Part shown: in pieces, positions 1 through 11,299 of the stretch | How the letters are laid out: the number at the start of each line of letters is the position of its first letter | Numbering within the stretch: the first letter of the stretch is position 1 | Assembly (NCBI GenBank): GCA_047495785.1 | Contig: JBLDXI010000017.1 | Span: 3,410,001-3,474,000, forward strand | Origin: Lepidodermella squamata | Taxonomy: Eukaryota; Animalia; Gastrotricha | DNA: 64,000 bases | Direction of reading: 5' to 3' | Notes under the pieces: generated by a model | Seen by the model: the letters and a program-made list of their open reading frames with translations, nothing else | The model's database searches: none | What the model was told of the DNA's origin: nothing | Translations under genes and position numbers: made by a program

Positions 1-183
1 GTGAGTTTTTATTTTAACCGAAATAATTCGACACTGGCTTTACAAATTCGAAAAAATCCCAAGTTGTCAACTATTCCTCATTATTTCAATTATTCCAGTC
101 GTCATTGTTTAAATCAGTGAAATGATGCGCAATTTTAATTGGAACGCAAATTGATCGAAACTGGAAAAATTTGTGTCTGTCTG

Positions 184-344
184 TAGGGGAGTTAATGAAA
201 ACTGGGAGGAGTTATTTTAAACTAGGAATAATTAACTCCGGGAGTTACTTTACCCTAGCATTTTTTAACTGGGGAGTTGATTTTTCCCGGAAATTTTAAC
301 TGGGGAGTTAATTATTCAGGGGAGTTAAAATAAACTGCTACACC
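184..344. repeat. Array of (A)CTGGGGAGTTA subterminal-type repeats, probably the right end of a MITE
   Basis: At least 6 copies of GGGAGTT(A/G)-like units ending in ...GGGGAGTTAAAATAAACTGCTACACC; no matching left end seen in the window. Confidence 0.5.
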
Positions 345-929
345 GGCCTTAGAGGGTTAAATGCCTGATGTTTGTGTTATTTTTTAATACGGTCCAAAGG
401 TCATTGCGACTAAAAATAACCTCATTAGCAGCGATCGCTATTTTTCTTCTGCGACCACCAAAAAAACTAATTCATGAAAATCACTTATTTACGCAAAGAT
501 CAGTTTTTTGCTAGCTACCTTAAAGATCTCGATAGAAAACGGCGGGTTTGTGAAAAGATCAGTTATTTTGTTTTCAGTTTTTATTTTTATTATCGATGGC
601 AATTTTATTTTTTAATAAAAATGAATACAAAATTTGCCATTGTGTATAATTAATATGCACACTTACTCTATAAACCAGTGCTCCGCAAACTTTTTCGCAA
701 TACCGGATAACGGGAGCTTCGAAGTCGCCGCGTCCTGGTACGTCTCATGCCAAAATGAAGTTGGGCAAACCACACAACACACAGCTGTCCATTTATGTCG
801 AATCGAACCCTCGACGCTCGAATGCCATAACCCCTAATAGTAGCTGATCTTTCACCACCTCCATGAATTTCTTCGGCTGCTCGTAATAGCGTCATAGAGA
901 CATATTTTGAGTTTGAGTACTTCCTCGGC

Positions 930-960
<31 letters not shown>
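930..960. repeat. (TATT)n microsatellite
   Basis: About 8 perfect TATT units. Confidence 0.95.
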
Positions 961-961
<1 letters not shown>

Positions 962-981
962 TGAGCATGATATCCTGGAAG

Positions 982-1014
982 CATAGAGAAAGAAAGGTCA
1001 TTTTTTTCTCTATG
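982..1014. mobile_element. 33-bp TIR-only element or excision footprint (P-like) with 8-bp TSD
   Basis: CATAGAGAAAGAAAGGTCATTTTTTTCTCTATG flanked by CCTGGAAG at 974-981 and 1015-1022. Confidence 0.85.
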
Positions 1015-1158
1015 CCTGGAAGGAAGCTCGATAGTGAAAAAAGAAAGTGCAGCCGCAGTAGAGTAGTCACTTTTAGTTTCAGTGATCAGAATAACATATC
1101 CAAAAGCAGGGCAGTTTCCATAACGCCACAGCAGCCATCACTTCAACGCTCATCGGCG

Positions 1159-2341
1159 ATGTCCACACTAGAAAAAATATGGTCCGAAATCAGGGGGTGC
1201 TCCATCTGAATTCAGGGGTAGGCCCTAAAATCAGGGGGTTGCAAAGTGATGTTTTTTCAGAGCTATGAATTCATACTATACTAATTGAACATCTCCCGAA
1301 TTAGGCGGTATGATATTAGGGGATGAATAATTGAATCAAAAACTTCAGAATTTTTGTAATATTTCATGTGTGCATATGCTAATTAGGCACCGAGTCAGAG
1401 TCGTATTCATGAACGAAGGTCCACTCGCTGAAAAATTGGCATAGATTCACACGCGACAATCACTTAGATTCATGCAAGGAACTTGGTAATAGTGTTGGTT
1501 GGTAGTATCACTGGTTGCCGGGTAGTCCTGGGTGGAGAACCTCTGACCCATGTCCCCGGTTACCTTATAGGGTCTCGGAGCCATCAGTTACCTTGTTGCC
1601 TGGTACAACCAGGTATACTTGAATTTTGAAAAATAAATATCATTTTAAAACTATAAAATATTCGCTGAATATTGACAGATTTTTTTCAAAAATTGCATTA
1701 ATTAATTGCCAAGGTCCGAATTTATGCCTATGAGAATAATTAATTTTGAACCCCTAAATTCGGACCTTACATAGTTAACCCCCCGAATTAGCAGGCCCCA
1801 GGGGTATGAATTCGGATGATAGAATTGCTTGTAAAGATCAATTATGCATCCCCCGAATTCGGACCATTTTTTTTCTTGTGCAGCTCGCCCATGTCGTCCC
1901 TTGCGCAGTTGTCATCACATTTTCGGCAACCTCATCATCAAACGCAACATCAAGTGACGTCACCGTTAAACGGCTATTTTCAACGCGATTGTGAAGGTGC
2001 TCCTTCATCGTCATTAGCAAGCGGACTACCATCGGTATGCCTTTGCTGCTAAATTTATTTGATTTTTTTCATATCAAGTCTGAAAATAACCGCTCAGGTG
2101 GCATTGGAGCGATGCGATCCATTCAGAATGGCAAAAACAGCAATAAATCTATCATGGGCCTAGCAAACGGTTCTTCATCTGACTTGCTGCCCCTTCATCG
2201 ATTTAATGGTGCCGAAAATCATCACCAACCTTCAACAGCCAGCAAGCTTGGTAACAGACCGGTCTCCTCGGCAGGCGGCGGCGCCACACTCAACAGCTCG
2301 TCGTCTGGCAAGCAAAGCAAGAAAAAACATCGCAGGAACAG
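1159..2341 (+). CDS. Rx: Rx/Rax-like paired-class homeobox gene, N-terminal exons only (partial or pseudogene)
   Basis: Exon ...SLASGLPS, intron 2035-2078, exon SENNRSGG...KQSKKKHRRNR ending at donor AG|GTATAA (2342). KKKHRRNR is the N-terminal arm of the Rx homeodomain; the rest of the homeobox was not found. Confidence 0.55.
1166..1880. mobile_element. Non-autonomous CACTA/CMC-type DNA transposon (715 bp)
   Basis: Left end CACTAGAAAAAATATGGTCCGAAATCAGGGGGTGC; reverse complement of right end CACAAGAAAAAAAATGGTCCGAATTCGGGGGATGC; 2-bp TSD CA (1164-1165, 1881-1882); internal CCCCGAATT-like subterminal repeats. Confidence 0.8.
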
Positions 2342-3877
2342 GTATAATTTTTCTTTCATCGTCTATTTCTCGGGTGCCAAGTGATGCATTTTCTAAATTG
2401 CCGCAAACGGCCGATATAAGGCTTGATTGTCGTAATTGCCGTTTTTCTGCGTTGTTTTACTGGGGCACTTTCTCGGTTTTATCCAAAATCAGGGCAGTTT
2501 CCATAACACTATCAATAACACAAGCGAATTTCAAGCCGTATTCCAAAGTTCTGACAACTTGACATGTCTTGTGTTTTCGCTTTTTATTTCTTTTTATATT
2601 AGAGTCATTCACTATGTTTTGAGTTCCAACACACACGCACTTTTATTATTTGTGTGCAACAATAAAATCGATGTGTGCGTAAAACAGCAAGCAAAATAAA
2701 AAATACGCCTTAATAATTTTCAAATTACTACTTGTCGAATTGTGATTGGCTCGTCAGTGACTCAAAACACCAGAAATTCGTCTATATAAGGAAGAAAAGG
2801 AAGAGCGCCGCGCAGGCTGAGGAAGAGAGATTGGAAGAAGAGGGGAAGATAGAGATGGAAGAATGGAAGAATTAGAGAAGGAAGAGGAAGATTGCGTGAT
2901 TCAGCCGCATCAAAGCAATCAAAGCTTCGGGTGCCATGAAACCTGCGAAAAAGTATCACCGAATTCACGTTGCCGATATTATATCACGCATCATGCAAGC
3001 GAATAATTTGCTCATGAATAATAAAACGTTTCTTTTTGGCACTTGTTTTCTGTTTTTGTGTGCGCGCCTATAGGTGTTGCCTACGTAGAAAACCAAATCG
3101 CACGCCTAGATTGATTGAGGTGTTGATGGTAAGAGCTCGTTTTTACAGATTCAACATTTACGAGAGACTATACAGCCGACACGCAGTAGTAGTAGTAGTG
3201 CTAGTAGCCATAGATGACGCGAGCCCTCATCGCTGCGGTCACACCTCGTGAGTGGCAGGCGTAATTACAGAAAACTGGCGGCGCAAAAAACAGCACACAT
3301 CTTCGGGAAAAAACTGCTGCTGGTCGCTGCTCGGCTTAACGAAGTTACACGTCGCCGGCACTTGCCGCCCATTTGCACACACAGGCGCAAACATTGCTAC
3401 CATCACAAGCTCGCTAGTTTCGCGGGCGCGCATCCACGTTTTCCCCTACCTACTGATGATGTAAAAAAACTATGTCTCTCCTGTTTTCTATTAGCTCGCC
3501 CCCGCTCTTGCGCTTTTTGCCTTGTTTTAATCCACTGCTTGCGCGCAAAGTTGTATCAAAAAATAATCATCATCATCATTTATCGTAATAGTTCAAACAG
3601 GTGCGAATGCTGGCGATAATAAAGGGCCGAGTACGGCTATTCTGAATGTTGTCGTTAGGTATATTAGTGTTTGCTATACCGTTCAACTGCTCGCGTTTTT
3701 GCGCCACACAAGGAAACTACACTGCCTGACTCCGTCCACGCGAGCGGCACTCGACGGCTCTGCTGCGTTACTGCACCACAGTTGCAAGCGCTGCCAAACA
3801 ACCTTGTTGAACAAAAACACGAACGACTGTGTCGACAAAAAACACAACAGCAACAATAATATAATCGCGGACAGAAT

Positions 3878-6430
3878 ATGCGGCACTGGAAAGTGGCCCA
3901 GGTGCTGTTGGCACTCGGGCTGTCCTTATTATTAGGGGCGGCGGGCGTGGCTGAGGCGGCCTCACTCTACGAACGCTGTGTAACCAATTGCGACTGCAAA
4001 ACCAAGTTTACGGTCTGCACCGTCAGCCCGCTCGGATGCAGCACGAATCCACTTCGGTACTGCCAATGTGCCGAAGGTTATCGTGCCAACACGGGACGCG
4101 AATGCAAGCAAGGTCAGTTTGATTTCGTAACGTCGCAGGGTAGACGGGCTAGATATTCCAATATTCTGCGGATATCACTTTCTTATTGATCCCATGTTAT
4201 CCGAAAAAAGTTGTTGTATTATTTCCGATTTCTGCTCACATAGTCACTGCCTACTATAAACCGATGAACGTTTTTTGAGCCCGGAATAAATTTGGAAAAT
4301 TGAAAATTTACAGCAATGAATAATCATCGATGAAATTGGGATGATACATCCCGTATCATTTAAGATAACTAAAAACTGGGTTAAAATGCATATCAGAAAT
4401 TTCCCTTCAGAACTTTTATATTCGAAGAAAATGTTAGTTTATATCAAGACCAGTAAAAGCAGGAAGACACTGAAGCAAGCCATAGCCAAAGAGATGTTTA
4501 GAGTGTGGATAACAACGTTTCAAGCCACATGGGCTCCATCATTCATATTATAGCGATAGCCAAACAGCATTCTTGTTCGTGGATTAACGATTAACGACCA
4601 TGGACAAGCAAAAATTCGTTGGCCACTGGCAATTCGAAAGTTCGACGTTCGACGTTCGACTTCCTGTATTCCACGCTATTATTCAATATACTTTATCCGG
4701 AAAAAATATGAGGAGGATATCTCGATGAATTTTCGTACAGTCAAATGGGGGTAAAAAGCACCTGAAGGTGAAATACTCCGGGATCTCCCTGAAAGAGTGA
4801 TTTGGAGTGATCCCCAGCAGGAATCCTGATGGGCACAATAAAGGGTTGGGCTAACAGTTATTTTTTATCCATAAATTCCATCTTGCTGGCACGTTCTCAG
4901 ATCATTTACGATCTAGACCTATGATCTAGACTGTAAATTTATCTAATTCCATTAAAACTGTGTTTTGGACGTAGGGCAGGTCACATCAATATTTGTCGCG
5001 CTCTTTCGAAAATTATATATAATTGACACGTTTTGCTTCCAAGTGGAATAAAAGAGTCATTTGAATTACTTATCCCTTGCAAATATTCCGAATCAGTATT
5101 ATTAAAGATGGCCATTTTCACGTACAATGCTCGTAATTCATCGTGGCTAGTAACAAAAGTAATTCCCACCTTTTGGGAGTTTCAAAAATGTTTTAAAAAT
5201 CTGTCGTTTATAATTCGAAAGCTGACTATGGGCTTTCTGAATATGGGATGGAGTATCATGTATACCTGAGATTCGTTAAAATTAATCCAATTATTTGTGT
5301 GTACCTTGTAGAAGCTAGATTGGGCCAAAAGTGCGGCGACGACTTTGTTTGCATCGATGACTTGTCCGAATGCAACGCTCAAAGCCAGAAGTGCGAATGT
5401 GTGATCGGCTTCAAGCGATCACCAGCTCCACGGCAGCGTTGCATCTCTTCCCTCGTGACAGCAAATTTCGGCGAGACGTGTGAGAATTCGGTCGACTGTG
5501 ACGTTACGCAGGACTGCATCGATGGCACTTGCCAATGCTCCCCTGGTTACACATACAAGGCGGACGTTCGCAACTGCGTGGAATCTCAGCTCGGGTAAGA
5601 GAATCAACGTTTATATTCGGTTCTATATTATAGATTTCGACGATAATTTTTTTTATTTTCTATCATTGAAGCGACCCGTGTTCGAGTGACCTCGACTGCC
5701 TCGGCGTAAACAGCACTGTGTGCCGAGCGGGCCGTTGCGCATGTCAGACGGGTTTCGAAGCTCGCCCAATTTCTTTCAAGGGTCAAAACACCCGAATCTG
5801 CGTTCCTACTAGCGGTAAGCGTTTCACGCCGTGTGCTTTTTCGTAATTTCATGAACCTGTAATTTAAGCTCGGCAAGCTGCCAAGTTGGGCGAATTCTGC
5901 AACGAGGCTGGCACAATTCCAGGCCGAGCAACAATTTTCTGTCAATCTAACCTTACATGCACAACTTGCCCAGGCTACTTGTTCAATTCCATCGAACGAG
6001 TTTGCGTCGCTCAGACGGTTAGAGCTTCTGATTTTCTTATGAAGCCTTTGTTTGATATATTTAATTTACATATAGACTGCGCCAACTTGCGCTGTTCCGA
6101 GAGTAGCCAACGGCCGGGTGATTGTCAGTTTGAAAACAAGAACAGACGTCGCTCCCGCTCGACAAGCAATTTTTGCCCAGGTAAAATTTTGTAATTAATC
6201 TCACCCGTATTACTAGATTGCTCTTGGACGATTCATACTTTACCTGCTATAAAAGGATTATGTGAGAAAATGGAACTTGGAGAATTTCGAGCTATTACAC
6301 CTCTTTAATCCTTATCAACTTTCTTGTATAGATTACCTGTGATACCGGCTATCGACTTGTTGGCCCGGACTCGAGCTTTTGCGATGAGGCTGCTGATTGG
6401 TTAAATCAGCTAGGCCGATGCGAACAATAA
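3878..6430 (+). CDS. Secreted cysteine-rich protein: signal peptide, about 5 EB/EGF-like modules, C-terminal Sushi/CCP domain
   Basis: Signal MRHWKVAQVLLALGLSLLLGAAGVAEA; repeated LGxxC...CxCxxG[YF] modules over spliced exons; terminal C...ITCDTGYRLVGPDSSFC....W......C Sushi pattern; stop 6428-6430. Confidence 0.8.
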
Positions 6431-6935
6431 TTGTGTTCAATCATTCACATCATGTGTATCGTCCGACTTGTCCTTCAAGAAATCTCTCGCCAGTTTGTGC
6501 CAAAATGCGATTGGTCAATCGAAAATTATGGCGAAAGATTTTCCATGGTTGATTTTCGTTATCGTCTCAACACTGATGCGCGTCCTCGTTGGGACAGTGA
6601 ATGTTCTTTATTATTACCTATGTTGATCTGTCTACTCTGACATTGCGATGGCACATTCACAATGTGACCCGTGACAATATATTTTATATGTTAACTCGTG
6701 TGTACCAAAAGTATTTCAAGCACTTTTACCATAACATCATTTTTTTTCTAACAACATGAGTCTTTTCTTAAGCATGTGGAAAACTGCCTTTGTATTCAAG
6801 CTTGCGCAAAATCGACGTTTTTATTTTCAAAGAGATAGAAAAAAGTAAAAATATTTTGTGGAAATATGATGAGCTGCTTGTTTTGCCCGTGATTCAGAAA
6901 GAGGATTCAAGATGTTTGGCGAAGTTGTAAAGCTT

Positions 6936-7391
6936 TTAACCAACAGAAAATAGAGCCGGAGTTGTTGATTCTAGTAGTGTGTCAGTATTTGTTTGAAGAT
7001 ATTTCAGGCCTACCGCTAAGCCAATTAGAAGAAGAACGGTAACGAGCATCGCCGTCGAACTTAAAATGAAGGATATTTGGTACTGCTTTTCGAGTGAGTG
7101 TTGTGCGAAGATTCCTTTAGCTACTCTAGTCTTACGAAGGGCCAAGATCAACGCTGGTATTGTCAAGAAGTACAATCCGACGCATAGAATCAGTGCAACC
7201 CAAGCGAAGCAAAGCACAAGGAACCTCGTCGTCACGGCACGAGCATCTTCTCCAGTTGAGATTTCGATGGTGCAAGCTTGATCCGCATATGAAACACTTT
7301 GAATGTGCCATGGATTTACATAACCATTTGGAATCGACTTTGCTACTGCTGGCATTTCGGTACAAGACTTCTTGCCATGGGATGACTTCAT
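6936..7391 (-). CDS. Small two-hydrophobic-segment membrane protein, CD225/dispanin-like
   Basis: 151-aa ORF with FLVLCFAWVALILCVGLYFLTIPALILAL and ISFILSSTAMLVTVLLLIGLAVGL separated by a short basic loop. Confidence 0.5.
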   Translation of the reverse strand: MKSSHGKKSCTEMPAVAKSIPNGYVNPWHIQSVSYADQACTIEISTGEDARAVTTRFLVLCFAWVALILCVGLYFLTIPALILALRKTRVAKGIFAQHSLEKQYQISFILSSTAMLVTVLLLIGLAVGLKYLQTNTDTLLESTTPALFSVG

Positions 7392-8664
7392 TTAAATATT
7401 TGTCTAATAACTATTTTACATTCTGATTATGTTAGAAGTCAGTTTTTAGTATTTAGGTAATGTGGGAATAGGAAAATGGGATGGCATTGGTGCATATAAG
7501 TTTGGCTTTAGTGTGAGCCATATATACTCAGTATAGTAAAGTATAAAAAGCTGCATTCTTTGTGCATGAGTCATCGTGTATAGTACATATATAGTATATA
7601 GTACATATAATATATTGCCAACATGCGACAGCGCATCAGGTAAATTGTACGCACAGCTTCTTTCAGCGTTTTACCATTTTCTGAGCTTGAATATTGAAAT
7701 CATATTGCTGTTTAACCGGATAGCTTCAATTTCAGTTGCATCAATTATTTTATTATCAGGCCTAATGGGCCAGAGGTGATGAGAAATTGTCTGCGTTGCT
7801 TAAATGATTAAGGCAGAAATCTGAAAAATCCACCTTAACGAATGCAACAACGAGCTATATTATTCAAAAAACCGCCAAAAATGAAGACATCTTTATCTGT
7901 TTTATTTCAATAATTCTCGCAATAATAAATGAATCTTAACCCATAATCAGGGCGATATTGACGACGCTTTTATAAATCGACAACAGTAATACTATAAAAT
8001 CGTATAAAGTACACATTTTTTTACAGCATCGCGGCAAAAATTGCTGCGAGACATGACGACAGTGATGTAGATGATTGCCATACACATCTGAGCACACAAC
8101 TATAATTACTCGAATAGACACCTTGTTATATAAATTTTACAAGTAATGATTGTATAAAACACAGCAGCTGCCGTTGACCGAAGAGGCACATAGATCTCAA
8201 GATTTCTCGAGCGACGAAAGCAAAATCAAGGCAACGTTACTATATGAAACGATCAACTTTCATCAAAGACTTGGGAATTTACAACCCCAACGACAGGTAG
8301 ATGGTAAAATTTTCTAGCCATTTATTTACAAACAAGATCACTGCGAATGTGACGCGGATCACATGTCGAAGATGATTCATATTTAATACAGGAGTTGAGG
8401 ATACAAATTCGCGGATTCGGCCAATGATGATTGTAGAAAGAAAATAAAATATTATGCCATAGTATATATAGAAGTAATAAAATTTATCAACAATTGATAG
8501 CCGTCTCAATAATATGCCGCATTCATCGTTTTAGATTACTAAATAAAATTGAAGTTGAATACAAATTTCTGTTTAGTTTTATGGAATGATAAGAGCACAT
8601 ACAACAGAGAGAGGAATGCATATTTTCAAGGTACAAAAATTATTCAATGCGCGTATACTTATAT

Positions 8665-11292
8665 TTAATCCGCGAGCAGTCCGTGCATCCATTCGAGAGA
8701 GCGGAAGAAAGGCGGCAACGGCTCGTCGAGACGGGCGATCACCTTGTAGATTTGCTTCTTCCACGACGGGTCTTGGTCTTTCTGCAGAAGAATGGCGCGC
8801 ATAAACTCGCGAACAGTTGTACGAACGGCGACTGAAAAGCCGGGCGGAACTTGCAGCTGGTTGTTGCGGTTGTAGTGCAGGTTCAGAACCTTGAACAGCT
8901 CGCTGTTGCGCGACACGTCGACGTCATCAGCGTTGGTGACGCCCTCGGCGACGAGTTGCCTCGCGTACTTTTCAATGTTGATGTAGTAGAATTCGCGAAA
9001 ATTCGAGAACCATTTCACAAGCTGTGCTGTGTTGTTCTTGTTGAACGAGACATCGGGGAAGTAGATCTTCAACACCGACGACGACGGATAGCGCACGTAG
9101 AAGAACATGAGCTTCGCTTTGCGAAGGTGCATTGACGTCAACGTCTGAGTCTTGCCAAGCGGGAAAGCTGTGCCAGCCAAGCCCTATTACACGAAAAATT
9201 TAGTCTCGTTAAATCTAAATGTGAATTGACTTACCGCTAGGCCATTTTGCTGAAGCGCAGCTGATTGTTCAAGGAATGAAGTTGCGTCGATTTGTTGCTG
9301 GTGGTGATGGTGAGAGCGGTTCGGTGTGAACGGAAGCAACAGCGAAGCAGCCTGGGCTTGACTCAACGAATTAGGCCCAACTGCGCGCGAAGATGAGTTG
9401 TTGTCGCCGAATTCGCCATCGTCGCCGTCGCCAGCGCCGACAGAGACCGAAGCAGACGAAGCGCCGCCATTCGCCGGTGACATGTCGTCCTGCGCCCGCG
9501 CCAGCTCCAACTCGTCTTGATCGCAGTCGTCGGTCTGGCCGAGCAAGATGCGCTCGTCGTTCTCGAAGTCTTCGACGTCGCCCTTGATCAACGGAATCGC
9601 TTCATCGTCCTGAATCAGCGCCTCGCCAGTGCGGCCCAGGTCGTTGCGCTTGTCCGGCGAAACGCCGTCAACATTGAGCACGTCGCCATCACTGACACCG
9701 ACGCCGCCTTGGAACGAATTGTCGAGCAGCTTGCGGGCGGTTCTAGCCGACAGCCGCGTGTCCGTCACCTTGGTGCGCTTTCGCTTAGCAGCAGCTGCAG
9801 CCATGAAGTTGGCGACTGAGGAGAAGTCGAGCGCCGATGTTGACGACGACGGGTTGTTGTTGGTCGACGGCGCGAACGACGGCGTCGGCGAGTTGGCCAT
9901 GCGCTGGCTCGAAGTTTGCGCCAAGTTCGTCGCCGATGAGGTCTGACTGAGCAGCGAGCTGGCGGAGAACTTCTTACCAGCAGCGGCGGCCGCGTTGAGG
10001 TTGTTGATTAGAGCAGCTGCCGAGGCGTTGTTGAATGTCGATTGCTTGGCAGATTGTTGTTGTTGTTGTTGTTGCTGCTGTTGCTGTTGTTGGAACAGAG
10101 CCTGTGCGGCTGATTGAAACACATTTGCGAGGTAGGGGTTGTAGACACCCGGATAGGCGCCGCTGGCTGAGCCGAACGAGTTGGCGACTGAAGTTGGCAG
10201 AATGCCCGCCATAGAGTTGTTCGCACCTCCGTTTACCCGATTGCTGTAATATCGGAAACAGTTTTAGTGAATACAGACAATTTAATTGAAGTAGTTTACC
10301 TGTTAGCCGAGGCTGCCAGAGCAGCCGCAACTGCGGCGGCTTGTTGCTGTGGCGGTGAAACTGGGCTGTACAGGGTGCTGATACCGCCGAACTGCGCCAT
10401 CGACGACAGCAGTGAAGGTGGGGACGGGGCGTTACGCGCCTGCGAGCCGTTCGCCAGCAACTGGTTAGCCTGGCTAGACGAAGCCAACAGGTCGCTGTAT
10501 GTCGAGGCGAAATTCTGCAGTTGCGCCTGTGAGATGCCGCCTGGGTACAACGAATTCAGCAGCGGCGTATCGGTCTGACAGCCTTTAGATACCTGTTAAC
10601 AAAAGATTGTTTAATTTGTTTAAATTCGAACAGTCAAAACGCACCTTAGAACCTGCAGGGGCGTTAGTGACACAAAAGTAGGCCTCGATTTGGGACATGA
10701 CATCTTCGACAAGACGAGATGACGCCTTGGCTAGGTGTTCCTTCAGCGAGGTAGTTGCCAGGCGGATGAATTGCCGCGCATCGACAGCTTCAGCGTCGAG
10801 AGACGGCTCGTTTCGTGCAATCTTCGACGCGCTGGGTTCGAGCTGATGATCGAGCTTGATCGGGTGCTCTGACTTGCGTTTGTTGGTTGACGGCCGAGCA
10901 GGCATGACAACTTCGCTGCTTTCTTCGACGGGTTTGACGGGCAGGGGAGTGGCCTCGGCGTGGTTGAACAGCACGGCGTCGATGACGCGCTGTTTCTGGC
11001 GGCGGACTGACTCGTCATCAGGCAGCGAGGCTGGTGATGATCCGGCCGAAACAACGGCCGTAGTCAAATCCATGGGTTGTTCGGCAGTGGGCGCCGCTTG
11101 TGGTGATGGTGTCGACTCTTGCTGCGGCTTCGATTCGGCTTCGTCGCAACTGCTGTTCGACAAGCGGGCAGAGTAGCACTGGCGTTGCATGGCGGCTTCA
11201 TCGGCTTCAATCGAACGCTCGACGACGTCGGACGACGACTTGGCATGGCACGGCACGACAGGGCCAAAGGAAGACACCATCGACGACGACAT
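8665..11292 (-). CDS. pros: Prospero homeobox protein (homeo-prospero domain)
   Basis: Last exon [17 protein letters not shown]...[23 protein letters not shown]...[12 protein letters not shown]; conserved [12 protein letters not shown] motif; four in-frame exons (11292-10645, 10592-10300, ~10244-9235, 9184-8665); poly-Q tract. The true start may be further upstream. Confidence 0.95.
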
Positions 11293-11299
11293 GCTGTGG

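Noticed and set aside
184-344. Regularly spaced GGGGAGTTA repeats as a CRISPR-like array
   Set aside because: Eukaryotic context, repeats short and degenerate, spacers 10-20 nt; fits transposon subterminal repeats
679-846. Possible terminal exon (APQTFSQYRITGASKSPRPGTS...NSS*) of a gene upstream of the window
   Set aside because: Only an acceptor-like site and a short open frame; no recognisable motif
2780-2900. Purine-rich E/K/R coding-like stretch
   Set aside because: Contains stops, has no splice context and is low complexity
1159-11292. Rx-prospero linkage as a conserved eye/neurogenesis cluster
   Set aside because: The Rx copy looks partial and possibly transposed, so linkage cannot be interpreted from this window
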